Shown here piece by piece: positions 10,790 through 23,125 of a stretch of DNA of 33,914 bases. Made by a program: the position numbers and the translations under genes. Positions within the stretch are counted from its first letter, which is position 1; each line of letters begins with the position of its first letter. Source of the DNA: Octopus sinensis (Eukaryota); NCBI RefSeq assembly GCF_006345805.1, contig NW_021831942.1, positions 1 through 33,914 on the forward strand. Reading direction: 5' to 3'. The notes under the pieces are model-generated. The model ran no database searches. It saw only the letters and a program-made list of their open reading frames with translations, and was not told the origin of the DNA.

Positions 10790-10980
10790 TATAGATCGTT
10801 AGCCACTACACATATTTTTTTCTCACCTTGTTTTTTCTTTCTGTACCTTTCTGTAGAAGAGCGTAGGCTCGAAACGTAAAGACTTTTTCTATTCCTGAGC
10901 GCTTATACTAATACATCTGTTTGTTTTGTACACCACCTGTCTTCGTCTTTCGTTTTCTTCGTAAACTTTCCCTCTATATA
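10790..10980 (+). mobile_element. Short Penelope pLTR-like element with U6 hammerhead-like motif (10847-10882)
   Basis: Homologous to 5198-5400; CTTT-CTGTAGA-A-GAGC-GTAG-GCTC-GAAA-CG-TA-AAG; embedded in (TA)n. Confidence 0.7.
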
Positions 10981-11130
10981 AATAGATAGATAGATATAGA
11001 TATAGATATATACCTATATACATATATACATATATACATATATACTATATAATATATATATATATATATTATATATATATACATATAATAGGACACATTT
11101 ATATATATATACATATATATGCATACATAC

Positions 11131-11186
<56 letters not shown>

Positions 11187-11218
11187 TGCACATATTATAT
11201 AACGCATATAATGGATGT

Positions 11219-11260
<42 letters not shown>

Positions 11261-11263
<3 letters not shown>

Positions 11264-12875
11264 TGTCTGACCAATATGTATCTGGAATTATGTATAGTAA
11301 CGAAGCTAAAGCATGCAGAGTGAAGCAGCTATGCACAGACTGACCTTAAATTCTGCTGTGCATAAGCACTAAGTTTTAACTTTCTAGTTCACTTCCGCTG
11401 TTTACAGTGGAGCTTTGAAGGAAGGTGTGTAACGTGTGGTTGTCGCACTGACCAGGATAGAGAAAGTTGAGCAGAGAATCTCCATCAATGGTGATACTTG
11501 CTCAGAGGCCGACGCAAAGTTGCAGAAAGTGTATGGAGAGGAGTGTATGAACCGCACACAATTGTACAGGTGGTTCAGACTTTTCCAAGATGGCCGAAAC
11601 AATTTCTATAGTAAGGAACGCTCTGGGAGACCCGCAACCACCAGAACTGAGAAAAACATCGCAGATGTGCATGCAGCTGTGAGTGGAAGTTATCGGAGTA
11701 TGTGGAGGTTAGTTAAGGTTCAGTTCTGTCCATTATCACTGAAGATTTGGGTATGAGATACGTGTCTGCCAAGTTTATACCAAAACTGCTTTCAGCTGAC
11801 CAAAAAGACACATGGGTTTCAGTTGCACAAGATCTTGATTGAGTCGAGAACGATGAAAACTTTTTGAAAACAGTCTTAACGGGTGATGAATCGTAGGTTT
11901 ACGGCTCTGACCCCGAAGCAAAAGCTCAGTCGAAGCAATGTGAAGACACTGTTGACAGTTTATTTCGATTACAAGGGGATTGTTCATCATGAGTATGCTC
12001 CAGCTGGTCAGATAGCAAACAAGGAGTACTACTGTGACGTTTTGCTATTCGTCGGAAAAGGCCATAATAGCATGCGTCTGGTCAGTGGTAATTGCACCAT
12101 GACAACGCACCTGCCCATTCAGCGCAGCTTGTACAGCAGTTTTTGGCTAGGCACAGCTTTCCCCAGGTCCAACAGCCACCATATTCCCCAGATCTCGCCC
12201 CTTACGTCTTTTTCCTTTTTCCAAAAATCAAATCCCGCTTGAAAGGAAGAAGATTTCAGAATGTCTATGTGACGAGGCAGCTCTTTACTCTTTACTCTTT
12301 TACTTGTTTCAGTCATTTGACTGCGGCCATGCTGGAGCACCGCCTTTAGTCGAGCAAATCGACCCCGGGACTTATTCTTTGTAAGCCCAGTACTTATTCT
12401 ATCTGTCTCTTTTTGCCGAACCGCTAAGTGACGGGGACGTAAACACACCAGCATCGGTTGTCAAGCAATGCTAGGGGGACAAACACAGACACACAAACAC
12501 ACACACACCACACACACATACATATATAAATATACACATATATACGACAGGCTTCTTTCAGTTTCCGTCTACCAAATCCACTCACAAGGCATTGGTCGGC
12601 CCGAGGCTATAGCAGAAGACACTTGCCCAAGATGCCACGCAGTGGGACTGAACCCGGAACCATGTGGTTGGTTAGCACGCTACTTACCACACAGCCACTC
12701 CTGCTGATTATCCCAGAAAACGAGTTCCAGGAATGCTTCCATCAATGGAAACAATGCTGGATTAAGTGCGTGGCTTCCGAAGGGAACCACTTTGAAAGAA
12801 ATTAAATGCCAAATTAGTATGTGTTGTAGTTTTATTTTTATGGCTCCAGTCCGGATACTTATTGATCATACCTCA
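11261..12875 (+). mobile_element. Near full-length decayed mariner (DD34D-type) transposon interrupted by a SINE
   Basis: Imperfect TIRs CAGTGTCTGACCAATATGTATCTGGA (11261) / TCCGGATACTTATTGATCATACCTCA (to 12875), TA on both sides. HTH YRWFRLFQDGR..RSGRP, VLTGDES, HHDNAPAH, PPYSPDLAP and C-terminal [13 protein letters not shown]; multiple frameshifts. Confidence 0.92.
12281..12704 (-). mobile_element. SINE family A inserted in the mariner transposase ORF
   Basis: Full-length family A copy between codons ..TRQL and LIIPENEF.. Confidence 0.92.
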
Positions 12876-12996
12876 TACACGCATATATATATATATAGAT
12901 ATATATATATGCATGAACAAAAATCTATACATATATATAATAATATATATATATATATATATATATCATACATACATACATATATATATAGATATA

Positions 12997-13051
<55 letters not shown>

Positions 13052-13177
13052 AAACTGCAATATAATCTGGAACTCGACTGATGAAATAAAATTCGAATGA
13101 CTCGTCCTTGTTTTTTCTTGTCCCTTTTTTGTATCATCTGTCTTGATGTTTTATGTTCTGATCCCATTTTTTGTATT

Positions 13178-13240
<63 letters not shown>

Positions 13241-13245
<5 letters not shown>

Positions 13246-13903
13246 TAATAAATATTAGGGAATAAATCCAAATTTACAGGGAAAAAAATCAGATTTAGGA
13301 TTAAATCCAATTTTATAGTAAAATATTATAAAATATTATTAGAGACAAAACCACTATTTTGCAAAACAAACAAGGAAAGACTTAATCAATACATAAAATT
13401 TTAATAAATAGTCAAAAAAAAAACGCCACTACAATTGTTTCTTGTCTTGATCGACAATCTTCAGGTGGACTTCCAATCTAAAAAATCAATATTTTAAAAT
13501 ATAAAAATAATAATTTTAAAATAATTAAAGTATTAATGAAAAATATAAAATATAATCCATATATAACCTATATATAATCCATATATAATCAATATATAAA
13601 CAATATATAACTAAAATAAACCTATCAACAATTAAATATAAAATATAAAATATATAATATAAATATAAAACAAAACAAAAAAATAATAATAATATAATAA
13701 TAAACTATATATACACCCATACACATATACCTAATTATATATAACCATATCTAACTACATACACTAAATCACACCCCTATTATATATCCCTATACATACA
13801 CATAAAAACGTCTAGGCAACTATAAATAAATAAAATAGCTAAATACTTCAACACAATACTTATTCATACTCCCACACACACACACATACAACCCACATTC
13901 ACT
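13241..13903 (-). mobile_element. AT-rich (TA)n-flanked element, probable Penelope-like 3' end
   Basis: Bounded by (TA)n at 13181-13240 and about 13904-13940; carries a canonical hammerhead about 185 bp from the left (TA)n. Boundaries approximate. Confidence 0.5.
13426..13468 (-). ncRNA. Canonical minimal type I hammerhead ribozyme motif
   Basis: Minus strand CCAC-CTGAAGA-TTGTC-GATCAA-GACAA-GAAA-CAATTG-T-A-GTGG. All core nucleotides and three stems present; palindromic stem III ACAATTGT; GUA cleavage triplet. Confidence 0.85.
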
Positions 13904-14603
13904 ATATATATATATATATATATATATAGATATATATATAAACATGTACATAAAAAAATGTGTATACTCATATAGCTGTCATGAAAACAATATAATTTGG
14001 AAAACATGCGAGGGGTTAAAGAAAGTATAGAAGTAGATAAGAATTTACAAGACTATAGGAATTTTGAATATAGAAAAGTATAAAATTAATATAAATGTAA
14101 AGATAATAAAGGATCAAAATGAGAATAGAAATAAAAAATATGCAGACGGTTAAGTGCATAATGTGGTGAGAAGTAAAGAGAATAAAAAAACGAAGAGGAG
14201 GGGGAGGAGGGAGGAGGAGGAGGAACAGGAGGAGGAGTGTTTTAGTAGTGGTTGGGATGAAGTAGAGGAAGCTGAAATTAGAATTTATCAAAATGATTCA
14301 ACGGAAAAACCACATTGCTTTATTTCTAGAGCTACCTTTTCATATAATTTGAATCTGCTGTAATCCTTAAAACGTTGGATTGTTATAAGGCCCACTCTGG
14401 TATACAGTATACTTAGTAAAACCATTAAAAGATACGCCTATCTTTGAACCCCTACTACATACCCTGGTACTTCACGTACTTCTCTTTATTCGTAATGACT
14501 AGGTTATTCCATTCGTCACGTTAGAGGGGTGTACCAAGGAATGAAGCACGGCCGCAATATAATGACTGAAACAAGTAAAAGATTGAAAAATAAAAGTGAA
14601 TGA

Positions 14604-14769
14604 GGCACAGGAGTGGCCGTGTGGTAAGTAACTTGCTTACCAGCCACATGGTTCTGGGTTCAGTCCCACTGCGTGGCACCTTGGGCAAGTGTCTTCTACT
14701 ATAAGCCTTGAGCCGACCAACGCCTTGTGAGTGGATTTGGTAGACGGAAACTGAAATAAGCCCGTCGTA

Positions 14770-14833
<64 letters not shown>

Positions 14834-15060
14834 CGTGTGTATATGTTTGTGGGTCTGTGTTTGTCACCCCCAACATCGCTTGACAACCGATGCTGGTGTG
14901 AATACGTCCACCCGTAACTTAGCGGTTCGGAAAAAGAGACCGATAGAATAAGTATTAGGCTTACAAAGAATAAGTCCTGGGGGTCGATTTTCTCGGCTGA
15001 AGGCGGTGCTCCAGCATGGCCGCAGTCAAATGACTGAAACAAGTAAAAGTGTAAAAGAGA
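14604..15060 (+). mobile_element. SINE family A, full length (preceded by a tail fragment at 14547-14595)
   Basis: Same head, body and tail as 1665-2070. Confidence 0.9.
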
Positions 15061-15152
15061 ATGGAAAATAAAATAAAACAATTTTGAAGGTAAAATATCA
15101 ACAAATGGCTATGGGGGTCCATTGGAGAAAAATAGCAACGAAAGTGGTCCAT

Positions 15153-15322
15153 AGGAGTGGCTGTGTGGTAAGTAGCTTGCTAACCAACCACATGGATCCG
15201 GGTTCAGTCCCACTGCGTGGCATCTTGGGCAAGTGTCTTCTGCTATAGCCCCGGGCCGACCAATGCCTTGTGAGTGGATTTGGTAGACGGAAACTGAAAG
15301 AAGCCTGTCGTATATATGTTTG

Positions 15323-15356
<34 letters not shown>

Positions 15357-15572
15357 GTGTGTGTTGTGTCTGTGTTTGTACCCCTAGCATTGCTTGACAA
15401 CCGATGCTGGTGTGCTTACGTCCCCGTCACTTAGCGGTTCGGCAAAAAGAGACCGATAGAATAAGTACTGGGCTTACAAAAGAATAAGTCCCGGGGTCGA
15501 TTTGCTCGACTAAAGGCGGTGCTCCAGCATGGCCGCAGTCAAATGACTGAAACAAGTAAAAGAGAAAAGAGA
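15153..15572 (+). mobile_element. SINE family A, full length
   Basis: Same family; ends 214 bp upstream of the exon. Confidence 0.92.
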
Positions 15573-15786
15573 ATATGTCAAAAAATGTCGTCGAGAGTCC
15601 CTACGTTAAAAAGAAAAAAACAAGACTGTTGGGGTATAGCGCTCCTTTTTCAATTCGACGGGAGAGTGTTTATGTTTTTTTTTTTGTTTTTTTTTAATGA
15701 ATCGGTAGAATAAATGGCATCTTTAGCATTTTACAGTTCTTTTCTGAATGATAAACAAATATTGATGGAGTCCTTTTATTTCTCAG

Positions 15787-15890
15787 TTTTTACAGGCTGT
15801 GGTGACACATTCTGTCGTGCGTTCGATGCCAAGTCAGGAGCTCTGAAGAGAACATTCCGAGGCCACGAGACAGCAGTCCATACCATGCAG
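15787..15890 (+). CDS. WDR86: Internal exon of a WD40-repeat gene, WDR86-like (phase 1 acceptor, phase 0 donor)
   Basis: Polypyrimidine tract plus AG at 15785-15786 (tccttttatttctcag) and CAG|GT donor at 15891. Translates as (x)FTGCGDTFCRAFDAKSGALKRTFRGHETAVHTMQ, a WD40 repeat (TGxGD..RAFD..GH). It closely resembles the WDR86 segment LFTGSGDACARAFDAQSGELRRVFRGH as I recall it. No neighbouring exons were recognised in the window. Confidence 0.8.
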
Positions 15891-16190
15891 GTTCTTAATA
15901 CTATTGATAATTTCTTTATTTTTAATTGTATCTATGGAACACCGGTGCGATCATTATTAATACACTCGAGTCCGTGTGTATCATGAGTTGAAGACGGGAA
16001 GGATGACTTCCCTTCACAAATACTGATAGGGCACAGAAAGTGTGTCTATAGCCAGCTGGAGGAGGTGTCTTCCTGGGGCTACAAACTACAGTAGCATCCA
16101 CCCTTAGGGGTTTGCCATATTCAAATGGCAAATATACGTCACGATGTGTTGCCGCTACTGTTTATAACTCGCTCTGAGATTTATCATTGT

Positions 16191-16226
<36 letters not shown>

Positions 16227-16341
16227 GTGTGGTGTGTGGTGTGTGTGGTGTGTGTGTGTGTGTGTGTGTTAAATATATATATATATCAGAAATATTAAAT
16301 TTCTAAATATCTCATAGAGATATGTGCGGTAGTGGAGCAAA

Positions 16342-16685
16342 AGAGTGGTTGTATACTGTCAACTTAACGTGACAGTCCCGTAAGGGAATTACACCACCGC
16401 TATTTAGCCCTAGGAAGCATCGACGCTTCCTGTCAGCCTTGACACATTTTCTGTGTCCTTATATATTTATGAAGAGGAGACAAGCACCCCCAACAGCTAG
16501 GCCTGCATCTAGATACACGTATAGGCCTAGCTGTTGGGGGTGTTTGTCTCCTCTTCATAAATATATAAGGACACAGAAAATGTGTCAAGGCCGACAGGAA
16601 GCGTCGATGCTTCCTAGGGCTAAACAGCGGTGTTGTAATTCCTTTACGGGACTGTCTCGTTAAGTTGACAGTATACAACCACTCT
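16342..16685. mobile_element. Long palindromic (foldback/MITE-like) element
   Basis: 163-bp arms 16342-16504 / 16523-16685 with a handful of mismatches and an 18-nt loop; (TA)n on the right. Termini related to 26611-26756 and 25916-26072. Confidence 0.85.
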
Positions 16686-16942
16686 ATATATATATATGTA
16701 TATATATATATGCATTTGGGTATGTATATAAAGCCCAACCTTCTGAGTTCTTTTACAGGGCTTAGAAAAAACTGAAGTACCCCTGCAATAAGTATGTGAA
16801 TCTGAAAGGGGAATATGCTGAATAAAATCATAAAATTGTAATTAACTGATCCTCTTGTATTTTTGTTACCCAAAGCCAGGAGCTTTTCAGTACCCCACCC
16901 CCGCACACAAACAACTACATACAGAAGGAGCGAATTGTTTGT

Positions 16943-16993
<51 letters not shown>

Positions 16994-17163
16994 ACACAAA
17001 ATTTAAAGGACTGACCACTAAAAGTGGACGGTCAACTTGCTAGATATAGACGTCAGATCGCTATTTTCCACAAAGAATATGTTCTCAAATAAAAACTCAG
17101 CACAAAACCAAAGCATTAGAAATAAGCAAGACAAATGAAAATATACGAAATAAAAATGATTAC

Positions 17164-17227
17164 CCATGTACTGATCAGTTTCGATTGTTAATATCCGCAA
17201 GGATAAACTGCAATCTCGTCAGCATGG
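17164..17227 (-). ncRNA. Canonical type I hammerhead ribozyme motif
   Basis: Minus strand CCATG-CTGACGA-GATTG..CAATC-GAAA-CTGATCAG-T-A-CATGG: stem I 5 bp, stem II GATTG/CAATC, palindromic stem III ACTGATCAGT, GUA triplet. Lies about 175 bp from the (TA)n ending at 16990. Confidence 0.85.
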
Positions 17228-17536
17228 TCTGTCATATAGAAATACAATTTGCAGGACTTTTGTATGTAAAAATATTTTAATCTTCGGATTTTTTTAATAT
17301 GCTGGGCCACTGGTTTTAATTGATTAATATCAATTTCTACCCTTATTAAATTTTAAATTTATATACCTATACACATACATATATAAACACAAACATAGAG
17401 AAATATTACATAAGCGTAAGCGTTTCGTAAAAACAAAGAAAAATGTGTATATATATGTTTTTATGTATGTACATGTGTGTCAGTGCGTTTGTTTGATTCA
17501 GGGACATAAAAGAAAACATGGAAGATAATGGATGTG

Positions 17537-17579
<43 letters not shown>

Positions 17580-18079
17580 TTTAATATTTAAGATTTAGTT
17601 TTTGAGTCAACAAACAGTTTTCCATGTTTCTCCTCTAATTGATTCTCTTATATTTTGTGAATGTATTGGGAAATTTGTACTTGATAACTGTAATAGCACA
17701 AGACTGCATGATTTTTCACATTTAAATGTCTACATAACCTTTGGAAGTAATTTTTACACTGATTTCAGATTTGTTATTTGTTTTCCTCCATTGCGCGTTG
17801 TTTTTCTGTAATAAAGCCTTGGTTTTTTTCCCCGTATTATAGTGCCAGAGAATCAGATGACAGTGATTATCTGATTAATTTTGCTCAACAAAATAGATTG
17901 CTATAAATCAATGCTGACCTGGTATTAGTAAATGTAAAAGAGCTGCCAATGTAAAGTTTAGTAAACAGTTGTTGGCAACTCTTACAGACCACATGAATCT
18001 TCCAAATCTGTGTACACAATTGCTAACTGATGCTTTAATGTTGCATTAGTAGTTCAGAGGTCAGTCTTTGGTGGTATTT

Positions 18080-18487
18080 GCGAGCTGGCAGAGACGTTAG
18101 GACGCCGGGCGAAATGCTTTGCGGTATTTCGTCTACCGTTACGTTCTGAGTTCAAATTCCGCCGAGGTCGACTTTGCCTTTCATCCTTTCGGGGTCGATT
18201 AAATAAGCACCAGTTACGCACTGGGGTCGATATAATCGACTTAATCCGTTTGTCTGTCCTTGTTTGTCCCCTCTGTGTGTAGCCCCTTGTGGGCAGTAAA
18301 GAAATAGGTATTTCGTCTACCGTTACGTTCTGAGTTCAAATTCCTCCGAGGTCAACTTTGCCTTTCATCCTTTCGAGGTCGATAAATTAAGTACCAGTTA
18401 CGCACTGGGGTCGATATAATCGACTTAATCCCCTTGTTTGTCCCCTCTGTGTTTAGCCCCTTCTGGGTAGTAAAGAAATAGGTATTT
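18080..18487 (+). mobile_element. SINE family B, two internal units
   Basis: Head GCGAGCTGGCAG plus two units; GGTATTT at both ends (18073-18079, 18481-18487). Confidence 0.9.
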
Positions 18488-18522
18488 ACTTATGAACGCC
18501 ATTTTGAATGAATACATATTGA

Positions 18523-18744
18523 CGTAAATGCGCAAACAACCCGGACATTCTGCTGCATTCGTGGCAGACATATTGTCATTAAGCAGAGACAAAATATTAC
18601 TGGTCTTCTAAAAAAATCTATGCTTCTCTTCTTTTGGTGTTAAACAAGGGGTCCACACAAAGTATGTCACATTGGTATAGAAGGGCTGATATTCTGGAAA
18701 GCCGGTAAAAATACGAAATGCCCTTTGGAGTACCAATGGTGTGG
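18523..18744 (+). pseudogene. Chapaev3-type (CMC) transposase N-terminal fragment
   Basis: Frameshifted translation RKCANNPD..CCIRGRHIVIKQRQNITGLLKK..FGVK..GPHKVCHIGIEGLIFWKAGK..MPFGVPMVW matches the C..PDxFCYICG..PHKVC..MPFGVPMVWREP pattern. Truncated by a SINE A tail at 18745-18789. Confidence 0.8.
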
Positions 18745-19659
18745 CCATGGCCGCAGTCTTATGACTGAAATTAGTAAAAGATAAAAGATCTGTATAATTT
18801 TTTGTTGTGTCTAGAGACAGTCATTATGCCAATATTATTAACACACGCACTGGTTCGATTCCATTCCTTTATCATTAGTCAATAGGTTAAATATCCAATT
18901 AACGAATCGATTGATTGTTTAATTAGGTTGAACAATAACTTATGTTTTAACTAATCGACTAATGAAGTGTGTTTGTTAATAATAGTGGCATAATGAATTT
19001 GTCTAGACATAACAACATTTACTTCAACTCACGAATTCGCATAAAAACCTAGCAAACCGGATACAAAAAATCTGTGGAAGGATGAACGAGTGAGCAAAAG
19101 TTCAGTTGAAATCTATATCAGTGACTCTTGTATAAATGCTGCCATTTTAAGAAATAAAAATCGGAAATTTAGGACAAATATACACAGTCCATACCTCTTG
19201 TTACAGGCGAAAAACTGTTTCCTACAAATTCATGGGAAACTTTATTATTTGTTGTAATTTAGGTCAAGTGTTTTTTTCTGGTTCTGGAGCGGAATGAAGA
19301 GCTCGTTTTTTGAGAATTGTTTTGTTGTGTTTGCGGAACTCATTACTGGGAAATGTTCACACAACGAAAGTATTTATTTATGGATATTTATGCACAATCA
19401 CTTAGTACCTGCAACTACGGTCTTCGTTGTAAAAACTATCGACTCACCACGAATCCACAATCCCACCAAAGCAACCACCGCCACCACCACCTCTACTACA
19501 ATCACCACCATCACCACCACCGCTGCCGCCAACAAGAGCAACAACAACGTCGAACATGACGACGGCGACGGCGGCGACGGCGACAGCAACAATCACAGAA
19601 ATTCTCAGAAATTTGCACGAGAGTGTTAACTTTAAATGTGTGTTTATATGTATATATTT

Positions 19660-21307
19660 ATACATACATACATCCATACATACATGCATAATGCATACAT
19701 ACATACATACATACATACATGCATGCATACATACATATATACATACAATACATTACATACATAACATGCATGCAGTCACATACATACATACATACATAAC
19801 ATACATACATTACATGAGCATGCATGCATTACATACATATTACATACAGCATGCATGCATGCATAATACATACATATATACATAACATACATACATGCAT
19901 GCATGCATACATACATACATACATACATCATATGCATGCATGCAACTATCATAATAATACATAATACATACATACATACATACTACATGCATGCATTCAT
20001 GCATACATACATACATGCATGCCATTCATGCATACATACATACATACATATACATACATATACATACATACATACATGCATACATGCAGCATTGCATGAA
20101 TAATACATTTAATAATACATACATACATACATACAGAATGCAGCATACATACATACATAATACATGCATGCATGAATGCATGACATATATACATTACATA
20201 CATACATAATACATACATACATACATACATGCATGCATGCATGCATAATACATACATATATACATACATACTACATTATACATACATACATGCATGCATT
20301 CCTGATACATACATACATACATACATACATACTGCATACATGCATGCATCAGCATGAATACTACAATATACATGCATACATACATGCAGCATGAATACAT
20401 ACATACATACATACATTCATGGCATGCATGCATATACATACATTATTACATACAACATACATACATTCATACATACATACATGCATACATTCATGCATAC
20501 AACATCATGCAGCATTCAGCATACATACATACATACTACATACATACATACTACATACATACAGCATACATGCATGCATGCATGCATAATACATACATAT
20601 ATACATACATACATACATACATGCATACATACATACATACATACATACATACATTCATGCATGCATGCATGCATAAACAAGCTATACATACATACATACA
20701 TAAGTACATACATAATACATACATCATGCATGCATGCCATACATACATACATATACATACATACATACAGACATACATACATACTACATGCATGCATTCA
20801 TGCATACATACATACATACATACATACCTACATGCAGCATGCATGATCAACATACATGCATACATTGCATGCATGCATGCATAATACAACATATACATGC
20901 ATAATACATGCATGCAGGCATACAATACATACACACATACATTCATGCATGCATGCATGCATACATACATATAAACATACATACATACATACCACATACA
21001 TCATGCATTGATGCATACATACATACATGCATGCATTCATGATCATACATAACATACATACAACATACATACATTACTGCAATAAATGAATGCAGGCATG
21101 ATAATACAACATACATAAAACCTACATACATAATGCATGCATGCATACATACATAATACACATTATGCATGCATGCATGCATACATACATATACATACAT
21201 ACATAATACATACATACAACATACATACATACATACATACATACATGAATGCATGATGCATACATAATACATATATACATACATACATACATACATACAT
21301 ACATACA

Positions 21308-21340
<33 letters not shown>
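19660..21340. repeat. Degenerate (TACA/TGCA)n microsatellite, ~1.7 kb
   Basis: Directly visible. Confidence 0.95.
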
Positions 21341-21341
<1 letters not shown>

Positions 21342-21354
21342 CGTATTGGTGGTG

Positions 21355-21495
21355 TGGTCCTTAAACTCGACCCGCTAGTTGCCAGAGCCTTGTTATAATA
21401 GGGGTCCGCAGCGTCAAAGATATCTTTATTAGAAGATAGGTTCAAAACTCTTTTACTGACCCCATTCACAAGGTTGTCTTTTGGGATTTCAGAGA
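21355..21495 (-). pseudogene. Penelope-like element RT thumb fragment (inverted)
   Basis: Minus strand IPKDNLVNGVSKRVLNLSSNKDIFDAADPYYNKALATSG, resembling the PLE ISKRLSNLSSNEEIF..AAPxYxxAL..SG motif. Confidence 0.75.
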
Positions 21496-21500
21496 GGTGC

Positions 21501-21772
21501 AACGCTGCAACATTAGCCAGCTATATATATAGCGATTAAAAGAAATGGGAACACCATACAAAATTAACTGGAAGCTCCTTGAACAACCTGAACCATATCT
21601 CAACAGAAGCGGACGGTGCAAATTTTGCTTTGCTGAGAGGACAATGATCCTGATAAATTCTCACGATCCGGGAGCCTTCTTGAACTAAAAGAAAAAGGGG
21701 GAAATTTTTAGCCGATGCCCTCATAACAGAAAATTCGTTTTGGAAACGTGGTTTTCCTCTTTTGTAAATTAG
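21501..21772 (+). pseudogene. Penelope-like element GIY-YIG endonuclease C-terminal fragment
   Basis: NAATLASYI/fs/RLKEMGTPYKINWKLLEQPEPYLNRSGRCKFCFAERTMILINSHDPGAFLN*KKKGEIFSRCPHNRKFVLETW. Shows the TxLxxYIWxLK, IxWKI, CxxC and LN..E..xCxH pattern of PLE endonucleases; one frameshift and one stop. Confidence 0.8.
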
Positions 21773-21947
21773 AAAACGGAAAAGCGTACATAGACTAATC
21801 CATTTCGACCGCAAATGGAATCGTTCAAAAATCCTCTCATAAAGGGACTTTGTATGTCGTCTTTTTTTTTCTTTCTTTCTTTTCTTCAACTGACCAAGAC
21901 TGAATATTTACCTCTTTTAGTAAAAAGGTTTTGTTCTTGCGGCGAGC

Positions 21948-22008
21948 GGGACTGATGAGTCGCCTATATTGCCAAGTGCAATGGTAGGCATGAAACCAAC
22001 GGTAACTT
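21948..22008 (+). ncRNA. Type I hammerhead-like motif in the PLE 3' UTR (stem I decayed)
   Basis: CTGATGA (21952-21958), stem II GCCTA..ATTGC/GCAAT..TAGGC, GAAA-CC-AAC-GG-T-A. Stem I pairing is poor. Confidence 0.55.
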
Positions 22009-22596
22009 TACTTTCTAACCGGTTATATGTCATTATCAATGATATACTAATCGACTACATAAAATATAACTGCTCAAAATTTCTTTCTCTTTGTGCTTTG
22101 TTTTCTGACATATGGATAACCGGCTGAAAGAATTAACCTGAATTACGTATATGCAAATATATATAGATGCAAATCCAGGCTACATAGGTAGCCAGTATTT
22201 TATCAGTTTTTTTTTTAAAGTTATCGAACTGCGTCATGAGAAAAGCCTACAACTTTCGACGCCTGTGAATTATTATTGTTCCAGAACATTGTTTCTTTTT
22301 TATACCTACCACGAACTGTTCAAACTTACAAGCTTCGTATATAGTTAGAAATCCGAGTTTGTATTATTGTGTATAGAACATATCAATCTATGAAATTTCA
22401 ACATGGTCTGGTTTTCACGTTTTATTATTTACAATTGTTTACAATTTTACAGTATTGTAATAATAAAATATTATATATTCATTGTTCATTGTAATAAAGC
22501 TAGTACTTTCATGCATTACGCAATCATCAGGCTTATGTAGTAGTAGTAGTGACAGTCGTGTTCCACTCGTGTTCCACAATTGACAACCTTATATAC

Positions 22597-22629
<33 letters not shown>

Positions 22630-22638
22630 TATAGTATA

Positions 22639-22716
22639 TAGAGAGAGAGAGAGAGAGAGAGAAGAGAGAGATAGTAGATATATATAGATAGATAGATAGA
22701 TAGATAGATGATAGAT

Positions 22717-22751
<35 letters not shown>

Positions 22752-22760
22752 GTAGGTAGG

Positions 22761-22791
<31 letters not shown>

Positions 22792-22862
22792 TAGATAGAT
22801 AGATAGAAGATAGATAGATAGATAGAGATAGATAGATAGACAGACAGACACCGACAGACAGA
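22639..22862. repeat. (GA)n/(GATA)n/(GACA)n microsatellite
   Basis: Directly visible. Confidence 0.95.
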
Positions 22863-23026
22863 ACAATGCCCTTTGCATCGTTTTTAGCTTTCTGATAATG
22901 TCACCTCGCTGGATGACAAATATCGTTTAGAATTTCGGGAAATCCGGAATAACTGGCATCACGAACAAGAATGGAGGAAATCACATCGTTAATTGATGAT
23001 TACACCATACATGTATATGGGGCTTG

Positions 23027-23069
<43 letters not shown>

Positions 23070-23125
23070 TGTGTCTGTGTGTCTGTGTGTGTGTGTGTAT
23101 GTTTGTATGTATGTATGTATGTATG

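Noticed and set aside
13075-13106. CGA-CTGATGA-AAT..ATT-CGAA-TGAC-TCG
   Set aside because: GAAA box and cleavage triplet are broken and the stems are only 3 bp.
14290-14460. Possible decayed PLE coding sequence upstream of the 13426 hammerhead (- strand)
   Set aside because: No convincing RT or GIY-YIG motifs in the frames I read.
19294-19629. 111-aa ORF with poly-T/D/G tracts
   Set aside because: Driven by (ACC)/(ACA)/(GAC) trinucleotide repeats; no domain or splice support.
22892-22925. CTGATAA-TGTCA..TGACA-AATA, and CCGATGA-AACTCA..TGAGT at about 33006-33050
   Set aside because: Too many core deviations to distinguish from chance.
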